DNA of 63,455 nt, the filler included, from Stramenopiles sp. TOSAG23-3 (lineage: Eukaryota), in assembly GCA_900128585.1 (NCBI GenBank). It is 5 parts of 5 records of this genome, joined end to end, with 100 filler letters (N's around TTAATTAATTAA, not from the genome) between each part and the next. Parts side by side here need not be neighbours in the genome. Positions count along the whole stretch, not along the records: positions 19,820 to 39,520 come from LT642393.1; 4 more parts are not named here. The stretch is one strand, 5' to 3'. The stretch's first letter is position 1; each line of letters starts with the position of its first letter. Positions 23,774-33,529 of this stretch are shown piece after piece. The position numbers and the translations under genes are program-made. The notes under the pieces are model-generated. The model was given only the letters and a program-made list of their open reading frames with translations. It did not search any database and was not told where the DNA came from.

Positions 23774-24267
23774 TAAGCAGAAACGAAAGAACGGAGCTTC
23801 TTGGGAGTAACGCAGTTCTCCCACCTCGCCGCCAAGGTACGCGGTAGCATATACAAAACAAATAAAATGCTGAACGCAGATATTTGAAGTTGATCTAGAA
23901 CCATGAATAAAAAAAGATAAAGAGTCAAACCTAAAACTTCTTTACTTCAATTTAGAATAATATGATATTAATTTAAAAATCATAAACAAGGATGACTTTT
24001 CTTCTCTTCTCTTCTTCTTCTTTTTTTTCTTCATGTTGTAGCAGCAAAACACCACCACCAACCAAGAAGAAAACAATCCAGGAGGAAGAGGAGGAGAAGG
24101 AGGAAGGAGGAGGAGGCTTTTTTTTTTAATATTAAAAAAAAAAGTAAATACTGCTGTGTAGTCTATAATAATATAATATTATAATAAAATATATTTTATT
24201 AATAATATTATTTAATATTTACAATTCATGAATAGTCGTTCTACTATATTAATAATATATAATAGTC

Positions 24268-24303
24268 TTTTCTTTCTTCTTCTTCTTTTTTTCTCTTCTT
24301 TCT

Positions 24304-24385
<82 letters not shown>

Positions 24386-24409
24386 TTTTTTTAATTTTTT
24401 TTATTTTTA
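24268..24409. repeat. (TTC)n and long poly-T tract
   Basis: An uninterrupted T run covers about 24306-24383. Confidence 0.9.
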
Positions 24410-24660
24410 GAGTCGTCTAGTCTATAATATTATTATTATTTACTGTATTACATTTTTTATTATTATTATTTAAGTTCCATACAATATACGCATTTATTGA
24501 TTTATGCAATTGATAAATTGATTTTGCTAAACCCGTATTCCATTCGCAACGAAATGTTACGAACCTGACATTATCCAAGATTTCCCCAGATATTGGATCA
24601 ATTTTCTAGTACTACGGCCGACGGACGGACCGTTACTACCACGCAGTGGGTTCGGGTGGA

Positions 24661-25593
24661 ATGGCAACTGCTTCCTCCCCTGCGCGCGGCGGGGCCTCGA
24701 CTTTTGGGAACGAGAACCTGAAAAGGGCAGGGATAGGGGGTTTGGCGCTGGCATTTCGAATAATCTCTCCTGTTTTTATATTGGTAGCATTACTTTTGAT
24801 CGGGGGAGCAGTCAATCAATGGTTCTTACTGGTCCTTCCTATGTGGACAACTGTTCTGTCCCCAGTGTACTGTGTTGCGACAAGTGTGGGGATTTTTTTT
24901 ATTTTCAATATCGTTTATAATTATGCCAAGTGCATCACGGTGTCCTCCGTTTACGCGCATCCCGACGGGGACGAATGCGGGGACGGGGAAGCGGACGACG
25001 ATTTTAGATTTTGCAAGCACTGCAAGCACGTGACGCCAGAAGATTCCCAGCACTGCTTTCTTTGTGGACAGTGCGTGTACGACTTGGACCACCATTGCCC
25101 TTGGATAATGAACTGCGTCGGGCGGCACAACCACAGCTACTTTTTTCTCTTCTTGTTTTACGTTACGACTGGTTGCCTTTTCTTTTCGGGCTTTTCTGTT
25201 CCTCCGTTTTACAGTTTACACTTCCGCCATAAAAAATTTTCAAAGTATCAACCGAAGCACCTGGACCATGGGATGCTGTCATTGAGTGCCATCTTACCGC
25301 TGACCCTTTCGGTCGCAGTCGGGGCCATGATGGTTTGGCACGGGTATTTGTTGGCCACGTGCCAAACGTCGTTGGAATTCCCAAACAATTTCTGGAAGAA
25401 GTACAAAGCGTACAAGCTTGGCAACTCGTGGACACACCTAAAGGACAGGGGAATTGTAAGGAACTGGCAGACACGTTTTGGTGTCTCCGGGGAGAGGCTG
25501 TGGTGGATTCTTTGGCTCTTCCCGTATTTGCGGACGAAGAAAAGAGGGGAAGAGTACCGGTACAAGGAATTGCGCAAGCCTCGAACGGTGTGA
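24661..25593 (+). CDS. DHHC palmitoyltransferase (ZDHHC16-like)
   Basis: CKHC...HCFLCGQCVYDLDHHCPWIMNCVGRHNH, four TM segments, QTSLE motif. Confidence 0.93.
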   Translation: MATASSPARGGASTFGNENLKRAGIGGLALAFRIISPVFILVALLLIGGAVNQWFLLVLPMWTTVLSPVYCVATSVGIFFIFNIVYNYAKCITVSSVYAHPDGDECGDGEADDDFRFCKHCKHVTPEDSQHCFLCGQCVYDLDHHCPWIMNCVGRHNHSYFFLFLFYVTTGCLFFSGFSVPPFYSLHFRHKKFSKYQPKHLDHGMLSLSAILPLTLSVAVGAMMVWHGYLLATCQTSLEFPNNFWKKYKAYKLGNSWTHLKDRGIVRNWQTRFGVSGERLWWILWLFPYLRTKKRGEEYRYKELRKPRTV

Positions 25594-25770
25594 GAGAAGT
25601 GGTATGGTAACTGAACCCAAATCACGAGAAAGAGATTACGGCACAGTATTCTTTCGAACAAAAGTGTTCGAGTACATTCCTCGTAAGAGCAAACGCTTTA
25701 TTCTAGAGGGAGTCAAATGTACAAAAATACGAGAATAAATTATAGAACCAAATGTAAAATTGATTAAATG

Positions 25771-25836
25771 AAACAAGAAAATTGGCTGTTATTTAAGTAG
25801 TTAAAATTAATTAAGTAAACTGCGAACTGAAATCTA
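25771..25836 (+). repeat. Conserved 3' flank element, full copy
   Basis: AAACAAGAAAATTGGCTGTTATTTAAGTAGTTAAAATTAATTAAGTAAACTGCGAACTGAAATCTA. Confidence 0.85.
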
Positions 25837-25953
25837 GATTAAATGTCTTGAACAAAAAAGTACGAGTAAATCAATACAAGTTGAGCAATCGATCCGATCG
25901 CCACCTCCTCCTGAATTATCCGGGCACGATACGTTGCGCACACCAGGTTCGTT

Positions 25954-27378
25954 TCAAAGGAGCTCCCTCAGCTCTTTCACTTTCTTCGACGGCGTTCGCT
26001 TTCGTCTCGACGAGGGGGTCTTGGCCCGTTTCGTCTTTTGCTTCCTTTTCACCGCTGTCCTTTTCCCTGAAGCCTTTGGTTGGCGAACCGCTTTTGGATT
26101 CGCAGCTACTACCCCAGCAGGATTCTTGGCGACGTAAACGGCTTGCAAAATGACAGCGAACAAGAGCCACTGGACGCATACGCAGAGCTTCTGGCGGGTT
26201 GTCGCGAAAGAGTCCAAAGAGGTCCCTACGACCACCAAGATGTTCAACGGGATCCGAAAGACGTTCATGATAGTCGCTTGGAGCTCTTGAGGCATGACGG
26301 CGCTGCGGGCCGAACCCCCACAAGCAAAGCTGGCCCCAACGCAGGTTTCGAACAGAAGAAACCCGCCATAGACAGCGTATATGTTGTCCGGGCACATTGC
26401 CGGGACCGTCAACGCCACCGTAGCCACGACAAATATGGAAAGGGTAATGACTCCGCTGTCGTATATTTTCGTCGCACGTTCGTACAGAAATCCCCCGAGC
26501 GTAATGCAGACCATGAAGGAAGAGAAAATGGACCCTAACTTGATGCCCGAACCCCACACATGATACATGGCAGGGACCCAGTTGAACACAAACGTGTACA
26601 TGGCCCCTTCAAAAAATGCTTGGGTAAACCCGACCAACAGGATCCTGTAGTCCCCCCAAATGGTTTTCCACGCCGCCGAAAAGTTGGAAAACGTGCTGGG
26701 CACCGAGTTCCCGACGTTCTCGTTCCACGTGACCATGACATACCCAAGGACGATGGTCGTGACCAAAACGGCCGTACGGAAAGGACCAATGTTCCCCATG
26801 TATGAAACACTAATATCTGCGGTAAAACCGGCTATGATGGCCACGATACCGTTTCCCATCTGGCCGTACGCAAACGTCTGGGACAGCCACTCCTCGGGGA
26901 ATTTGCGGTTTCTATGCTCGGTGACCATCCAGCTCTCGAAGGAGGTAAAGAGAAGAGATGTCGAGATACCACCAAGAACGCGGCCTAGGAAGAGGATGCG
27001 TACGTCTTCGTACTCCTCCATCGTGTTGATGGCTATCTCAAGGGCGCAGAAGACGAACACCCCCTTTTTTCTCCCCAGTGAATCAACGAGACTCCCCGCA
27101 AATGTTCCGAAAACCCCAGAGCACAGGAAGCCGGTAATGAAAAGGTAGGCGATGACAGGTTTCCCCCACGCGCTAGGGTGGTATTTGCTCAGCTCCCCTG
27201 CGTCTTGAAGGGCAGCAGTGTCCATCGAAGAGTAGCCTTCGTATAACGCGTACATGTGCGTGCCTTGTAGCCAGTCGGCGTACATGGTCAACAAGTAAAC
27301 CACCAAGTATTGCGTTTGAAACAAGCGAAACTTGGCACGCTGATGGCTGGTCTCGCCAACTTCACTCGACGCTGTCAT
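25954..27378 (-). CDS. MFS molybdate-anion transporter (MFSD5/MOT2 family)
   Basis: YLVVYLLTMYADWLQG, LGRVLGGISTSLLFTSFESWMVTEH, FEGAMYTFVFNWVP, IMNVFRIPLN. Confidence 0.9.
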   Translation of the reverse strand: MTASSEVGETSHQRAKFRLFQTQYLVVYLLTMYADWLQGTHMYALYEGYSSMDTAALQDAGELSKYHPSAWGKPVIAYLFITGFLCSGVFGTFAGSLVDSLGRKKGVFVFCALEIAINTMEEYEDVRILFLGRVLGGISTSLLFTSFESWMVTEHRNRKFPEEWLSQTFAYGQMGNGIVAIIAGFTADISVSYMGNIGPFRTAVLVTTIVLGYVMVTWNENVGNSVPSTFSNFSAAWKTIWGDYRILLVGFTQAFFEGAMYTFVFNWVPAMYHVWGSGIKLGSIFSSFMVCITLGGFLYERATKIYDSGVITLSIFVVATVALTVPAMCPDNIYAVYGGFLLFETCVGASFACGGSARSAVMPQELQATIMNVFRIPLNILVVVGTSLDSFATTRQKLCVCVQWLLFAVILQAVYVAKNPAGVVAANPKAVRQPKASGKRTAVKRKQKTKRAKTPSSRRKRTPSKKVKELRELL

Positions 27379-27893
27379 GGTTCAAAAGGAATGCTATAGA
27401 AAACAAAAAACAACTACAAAAATAAACAGAAAATAAAAAAAAACAATTGTTAATTTGCCTCGATTCTAATATTTGTATTTCTTTCTCACTAATAAAAGTA
27501 GAAGAAATAATTTGCACTTACTGTATATACAAATCTATAAACCATATCTTTTGTAACAAAATTTCCTTATCAAATATTATAAAGATTCCAGTCTCGAAGT
27601 GCCTTGGTATTTATTACCTCGTATTAATACCAATTGGTGGTAGTGTGGGTACGTACTGATCGGATTTTTGGTGTTTATTTTTTTCGGTTCCCATTATTTT
27701 CAGTGAAGAATGAAATATTAATAACACCTGCTGTATAATGAGAAGTGTGGTGGTCCCCGATTGATTTTTAATTATTATTATAAATAAATTAAAAAAAAAA
27801 AGAAAATTTGTATAATAATATCTAGAGATTATTACTATTTTACAAATATAATTTTCCAAGGACAAAACATATTTTCCAAGACAGGCATAATAT

Positions 27894-28976
27894 TTACAAT
27901 ATGTGAACCTCAGCATTTCGATTATATAAACTGCAAAAGATTCGAACAGTTTCGTGTCTTTCGTTTTTGACTTTTCCTTTAAATATTTTCCCAGACGAAT
28001 CTACCTGGATGCGCAGGTGTACAAATTTTCCTTTCTCGTCATTCTGTACCGTTAGTTTCAATTTTGACCCTGTGTGAAAGGATGGCAACGCTTTGTTTGA
28101 CGACGGTACTTCTTCATGGAGGGAACCGTACAAGTTTTCCAAGCATAACCCCGATTGGCGGATAATTTGCTGGGAAGAATCTGGGGGGAACAATTTTGAG
28201 CTGCGTGCGACACCAAAGAAATAGCACATTCTTCCCGGTTTGTTTTTCATATGAAACACAATTTCTTGCGTTTCCCCACATTTTATTGCCGGTTCTAGAA
28301 ATGCCGTGCCTTGGTTTTGACGGGTGCAGTTGGTATGGCAGCATAGCACGTTGCCCGATTCCTTGTCTCGTATAGAGAGAAATTCCTTCGCGATCATGCT
28401 CGGTTTTTCGATGAAACGGAAGTAATTCTCCCTCCCACCACCATCATTGTCATTTTTTCTCGTCTCGATGGCTTGGCTTGTTTTTTTCAGCTCTCGAGAG
28501 TCATTGATGTTTGCAATCGACGCTTTAGGTGGAAGGGATTTTCGTGCTGGTGTGGTAGTGACCGTGATTCCCCTGCCACGCAAAAACGTGACACAGTTCT
28601 GTACATATGCATGCGTCTTTGGCAAAGGGTAGGCGTATGCTGCGTTCTGTATGATGACACCGTCCTTTGTAACAACGTTGTACCAAACTTGTTCTCCTCG
28701 AGCTCACCGGTGTCGCTTCTTCGAGGGCACCAAACGTTTATAGTTGACATCGTGAACGGGTACGTAAAATTTCGTTCTATTTGCCATTACCGCCCTATCC
28801 GTCTTTGCCAATACCAGCCCACTACCAAGTTGTACATGTAACGAGTAAAGCTGTTCGTCATGATTCACATACTCAATCCCCTCCCCCACCCCCCCAGTAT
28901 CCTTCAACACTTGAATTGGATCAACCTCGTGAACCGCTTTTCTATTTTCCCACTCTTTCACCCTCCCTTGCCGCAT
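27894..28976 (-). CDS. DUF427-like plus SPRY-like protein with in-frame TGA at 28706-28704 (candidate selenoprotein, 360 aa)
   Basis: ORFs 28704..29003 and 27894..28625 share one frame and are separated only by a TGA. The joined sequence FYVPVHDVNYKRLVPSKKRHR*ARGEQVWYNV...NAAYAYPLPK...NCVTF follows the DUF427 pattern. Confidence 0.65.
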
Positions 28977-29772
28977 TTTACTACGTTTCAAGTGAAGATG
29001 CAAGTGTAAGTAGAGTGATAACGCACGCTTGTTAACTATTTATGTGCGCATTGCAATGGGAATCATATATCGTACAGTTTTGACACAAAATTTTAGAAAA
29101 GGTGGCAAAACAAATCTATATTAAATAATAAATATAATATTATTGAAAACAAAATCGATTTTTTTGAACAACTACTAACTAACTACGAAGAAAGAAGGAA
29201 GAAGAAGAAGAACAAAAGGCACAACAAAGGCACCACAATAACGTAATTTTCTTTTTCTGCTATTATTCTTACTACTTACAGGTAAAGTCTGATTGGACGA
29301 ATTCTTTATTTGTACTTATAATTTAAATCACCTATTTATAATGTATATTCATAAATTAACTCTGTGATTTTTATTATTATTTAAAATTATTATTAACGTT
29401 GAATAACATAGGTAGGAGGAAAATATTATTAAATATTATTTTATTTTGGATTCAAAAATACAACAACAACAACAACAAAAAGAACAGAAGAATAACAACA
29501 CAAACAACAAGACCAAAACAACGACCAACACACACACCGACCTACCCACAACAAATCAACACACCAAAAAAACAAAAATATTATTATTTCAATTTGAATA
29601 AAATTAATAAAAATTGATATAAAATTGAATGAATCTTTGTAATTGGTTAAATCAATGGAAATGAAACTGAATCTCAGTTATCAATTTTTTTTGGGCGATT
29701 TTCAGTGTCGAACACATTCATAGCGGAAGAGTAGCGTCTGCTTGTTTTAGAGAATTACACACACAAGTGATA

Positions 29773-30933
29773 ATGCCAAACTTGTTCGTCCGTCGTAACC
29801 GGGCGTTCCTCTTTGGGGCTGCGTTGGTTCTTCTATCAGCCACTTTGGCGTTTGGGCAAGGGGACGAGGGCGAACCTTTGGTGTTCGGGGACGAGGTGGA
29901 CAGTGAAGCTAGTGCAACCGAGGAGGGTGGTGACGAAGAAGAAATAGAGACCCTCCCGGAGCCGGAGATTAATGTGATGACCTTGGACCCAGCTGGGTCT
30001 CCAATTTTTGGTCCTGGAGCCGGTGCCTACGCTGTGGGAACCGAAGTGAATATTATGACCCTGCAACGGGACGCTAAAGTCCATTTCACCACCGACGGCA
30101 GCATACCGACGAACTACTCAATCGTGTTCACGGAGCCTTTTGTGATGAGCGCAATCGGCGAGTTTACCCTGAAAGCAGTGTGTTCCGCCCCGGGGTACCG
30201 AGATAGTGATGTGATCACAATGGAATACCGTGCACTAGTTTCGGCGCAGCCCCCGTCTATTACGGGGAAACCTCTGGAAGGCCAGCCGTGCAACACGTCC
30301 GAAGCCACGGAATCGTTCTTGGGGGTATACCAAGACGCCGTTAAAATACATTTTGAATCTGCCACGACAGCGAGCACGTTCTACTACACCATAGACGGGA
30401 CGGAGCCGACGCTGGACTCGCATTACACTCGCGACTCTCACATTCTGATCAGCGCCGTAGGGACGCACACCGTGAGGGTCAAAGCAAAGAGTGACAACAC
30501 ATTCTTGAGCGAAGAAACAGAAATCACCGTCACGGTTATCCCCCGCCCCCCTCGCGAAGCGTTTCACTTACGCTCGGACAAGGAGCTTTTGGCCGACATG
30601 GACGTCGCGTACCAGAAGATGGCAGACAAGCACATAGATGAAGTCATGAGACCCGAAGATTTGGACGGGTTCATAGCAGCCACCCTGAACCCGGACATGG
30701 GAAGGTGTGAGCTGTGCAAGGTGCGGCCGAGCGAGGCCGAACAGCTCATTGAGGCCACGGAGGTCTTGAAGTACGATGAAGGGCTTCACATTGACGGCCA
30801 GTTGAAGCTGTTTCATGGGTTTGTCACCAGGGGTTCCATGTTTACTTTTATTAGAAAGTTAAACGTTAAGATGAACGACCAACGTAAACGTCTGCAGGCT
30901 CTCGCCGACGACGCAAGGACGGCGGAGATGTAG
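29773..30933 (+). CDS. Secreted protein with two Fn3-associated/chitobiase C-terminal-like beta domains
   Basis: Signal peptide; VHFTTDGSIPT and FYYTIDGTEPT motifs. Confidence 0.8.
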   Translation: MPNLFVRRNRAFLFGAALVLLSATLAFGQGDEGEPLVFGDEVDSEASATEEGGDEEEIETLPEPEINVMTLDPAGSPIFGPGAGAYAVGTEVNIMTLQRDAKVHFTTDGSIPTNYSIVFTEPFVMSAIGEFTLKAVCSAPGYRDSDVITMEYRALVSAQPPSITGKPLEGQPCNTSEATESFLGVYQDAVKIHFESATTASTFYYTIDGTEPTLDSHYTRDSHILISAVGTHTVRVKAKSDNTFLSEETEITVTVIPRPPREAFHLRSDKELLADMDVAYQKMADKHIDEVMRPEDLDGFIAATLNPDMGRCELCKVRPSEAEQLIEATEVLKYDEGLHIDGQLKLFHGFVTRGSMFTFIRKLNVKMNDQRKRLQALADDARTAEM

Positions 30934-31043
30934 AAGATTCAACCCTCGCCGACCCTCGTATTTAACCCCTCTTTTCGCAGTTTTCCTGCTGAGGCAGTGG
31001 GACTAAGATAGATAAGAATTATACACGTATTATTTGTAGAACA

Positions 31044-31111
31044 AAAACAAGAAAATTGGCTGTTATTTAAGTAATTTTAAAAATTAATGTACTCTGCGAA
31101 CTGAACTCTAC
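31044..31111 (+). repeat. Conserved 3' flank element, full copy
   Basis: AAAACAAGAAAATTGGCTGTTATTTAAGTAATTTTAAAAATTAATGTACTCTGCGAACTGAACTCTAC. Confidence 0.88.
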
Positions 31112-31247
31112 ACTTTGTAAAATAATTATAGACGAACGCTTTTTTTTACGCTCTTATTTGGTTTAAAGAATTTGACGGCCTTAGGCTTCCTTTTTTAAAC
31201 AGCAGAGCGTGCGTGTATTTAATTTTTTATGTTTCCTGTCAGTTCGT

Positions 31248-32465
31248 CTACGCATCGCTGAGGTGAGGACCGACGTACTTGTTCATTTCAAACATTGTGA
31301 CCTTTTTCCTGCCTCCCATTACTTTCTTAAACTTCGTGTCGCAGAGTATCTCCCGTTTGTTCTCCGGGTTTTGCAGCTCGTTCGCTTTGATGTACTCCCA
31401 AAGCTTCTTTACTACTTGAGGCCTCGACAACTTCTTACAGCCACAGACGCCGGACAAGTCCTCAGACAAGGTGTACTCTTTTGTTGCAAACCCACCCTTT
31501 GCGCCGCCGCCGCCGCCGCCGCCGTTGTTCTTGCCAGCCGTTTTCTTTGTCTTTTGCTTCTTGCCACGTGGAGCAGGTTTCTTCGCCTTTCGCTTCTTGC
31601 TCTGGCTTGCGCCCCCGTTCAAAAAATCTTGCACCACGCCCTTCAGGTACTCCTTCCGGTGGCGAAGGTCTACGTTATACTTCTTTTCCAAGTGCTTTCT
31701 CAGCGTTTTATTCGTGATTTTAGACAGGTCCGTCGATTTCAAGTACGCAAACGTGCATTTTCGCAATTCGGACAGTTTCGGTCCGTCCCCCCCGTCGTCC
31801 TCGTCCTCGTCCTCCTCCTCGTCGCTGCTGCTCTCTTCTTCACTGCTGCTGCTACTGCCGTCTTCGCTGCTACTGTCCTCTGCTACATCGTCGGCCTCCT
31901 TCTTCGGCACTTTCTTTTTCACCGGCCCGCCGATCAAATGTTTCCCGAGGTATTTGTTCATCGCAAACATGGTCACGCTTTTCTTGTTGTCCATCACCTT
32001 TTTCATCTTGCTATCGCACAAAATCTCCCGCTTGTCTTTCGGGTTTTGAAGCTCGTTGGCCCGAACGTACTCCCAGATCTTCTTGACCACTTGCGGGCGG
32101 GAGCATTTTTTTACCCCACATACCGCTGCCAGGGCAGGAGAAAGGTCGTACTCCATCGCTGCAAAGCCGGCACTTTTGCCTTTCCTTCGTTTCTTCCGCT
32201 CTTCTTTCTCCTTCAGCTCTTTCTCCTTTAGGCGCTTTTTAGCCGCACGCTTCTTCTCCATGGCCTTTTGCTTGTACATTTTTTTCTCATCTTTCAGTTT
32301 TTCCCTTTTTCTTGCTTTCGCCGCTTTCTTCGCGCGCTCCGCCTCTTTCAGATTCCACGTTTCCTGTTCCTTCCTCTGCCTCTCCGCCTCGCGTTTGGGC
32401 TGGTCGCGAAACCATGCAATAATTTGCCGTTCCGTCAGGCCGTCTGGTGGCGTCTCGGCGGACAT
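31248..32465 (-). CDS. SWIB/MDM2 x2 plus DEK-C domain protein (UAF30/Spp27-like)
   Basis: Two SRPQVVKK.WEY..ANELQNP..KREILCD repeats flank a DEK-C-like LKSTDLSKITNKTLRKHLEKKYNVDL segment. Confidence 0.88.
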   Translation of the reverse strand: MSAETPPDGLTERQIIAWFRDQPKREAERQRKEQETWNLKEAERAKKAAKARKREKLKDEKKMYKQKAMEKKRAAKKRLKEKELKEKEERKKRRKGKSAGFAAMEYDLSPALAAVCGVKKCSRPQVVKKIWEYVRANELQNPKDKREILCDSKMKKVMDNKKSVTMFAMNKYLGKHLIGGPVKKKVPKKEADDVAEDSSSEDGSSSSSEEESSSDEEEDEDEDDGGDGPKLSELRKCTFAYLKSTDLSKITNKTLRKHLEKKYNVDLRHRKEYLKGVVQDFLNGGASQSKKRKAKKPAPRGKKQKTKKTAGKNNGGGGGGGAKGGFATKEYTLSEDLSGVCGCKKLSRPQVVKKLWEYIKANELQNPENKREILCDTKFKKVMGGRKKVTMFEMNKYVGPHLSDA

Positions 32466-32683
32466 CGTTCGCTGTTCTCGTCGACTTTCTTCTCCCCGGA
32501 TGATATCTCGAAAACAATTGGGTTAACCCTTCGTTGCTACAAGAGAATAGATTTTAATGAAGCGATGATCTTGATCTACAATCGAGTATAAACCACAATT
32601 CAATTCTCATTACTTCAAGCCTTCCATTTTATGTTGTTATTCATTCTCTTTATACAATATATATTCCTAGGAATAGACGAGTA

Positions 32684-32958
32684 ATTCTTCTTCTTCTTCT
32701 CTTTTTTTTTCTTCTTCTTTTTTTCTTTCTTCTTCTTCTTTCTTCTTCTTCTTTTTTCTTCTTCTTCTTCTTCTTCTTGTTCTTGTTCTTCTTGTTCTTC
32801 TTCTTTCTTCTTCTTGTTCTTCTTCTTCTTTCTTGTTCTTCTTCTTCTTTCTTCTTCTTCTTCTTCTTCTTCTTCTTCTTCTTCTTCTTCTTCTTCTTCT
32901 TCTTCTTTCTTCTTCTTCTTCTTCTTCTTCTTTCTTCTTCTTCTTCTTCTTCTTCTTT
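32684..32958. repeat. (TTC)n microsatellite
   Basis: Seen directly. Confidence 0.95.
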
Positions 32959-33529
32959 TGTGTGTTATAATAATATTATTATATAATATAATAACAATAA
33001 GTTTAATTTTATTATTTTTGGACGACTGATGTACGAACATGTAGTATACTATTATATTATACTTGATTATATTATCCCCTATCAAACATGACTATTGAAG
33101 CTTTCCTTCTTTCCTTCTTTCATATAAAGATAAATGAATATCTTCTTATAAATATCTTCCTCTTTTCTTTCTTCCTTCTTCTTTGTCGATCGATACTAAA
33201 TTATTATACTGTATAACTATATGGTATTTATTATTATTATTAGAAGACGACAACAACACGGTGAAATTATACTACGTATTTTAATACGGAAATTGGTACC
33301 GGTACCGTAGTACCATTTCTTCACCAATCTGTCTTCTTACCCCCCCGCCGCCGCCGATCATCGATCGAAGTTAGAATAGTAATACAATTCACAAATGTAC
33401 ACAGGCCCGAAGGAATTAGAGTGTGTGTATGTGTGTGTGCGCGCGAGAGAGAATTGATCCTGTTTTCTTTATAAAAGCATGAACAGGGAATCGGAAGTAT
33501 CTTTTAAGGGCACCAACTGAGTGGCAGAA

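Noticed and set aside
28704-28706. Genome-wide UGA reassignment
   Set aside because: TGA terminates the DHHC, MFS and sulfatase genes at plausible ends, and the long PRKDC and dynein frames contain no internal TGA.
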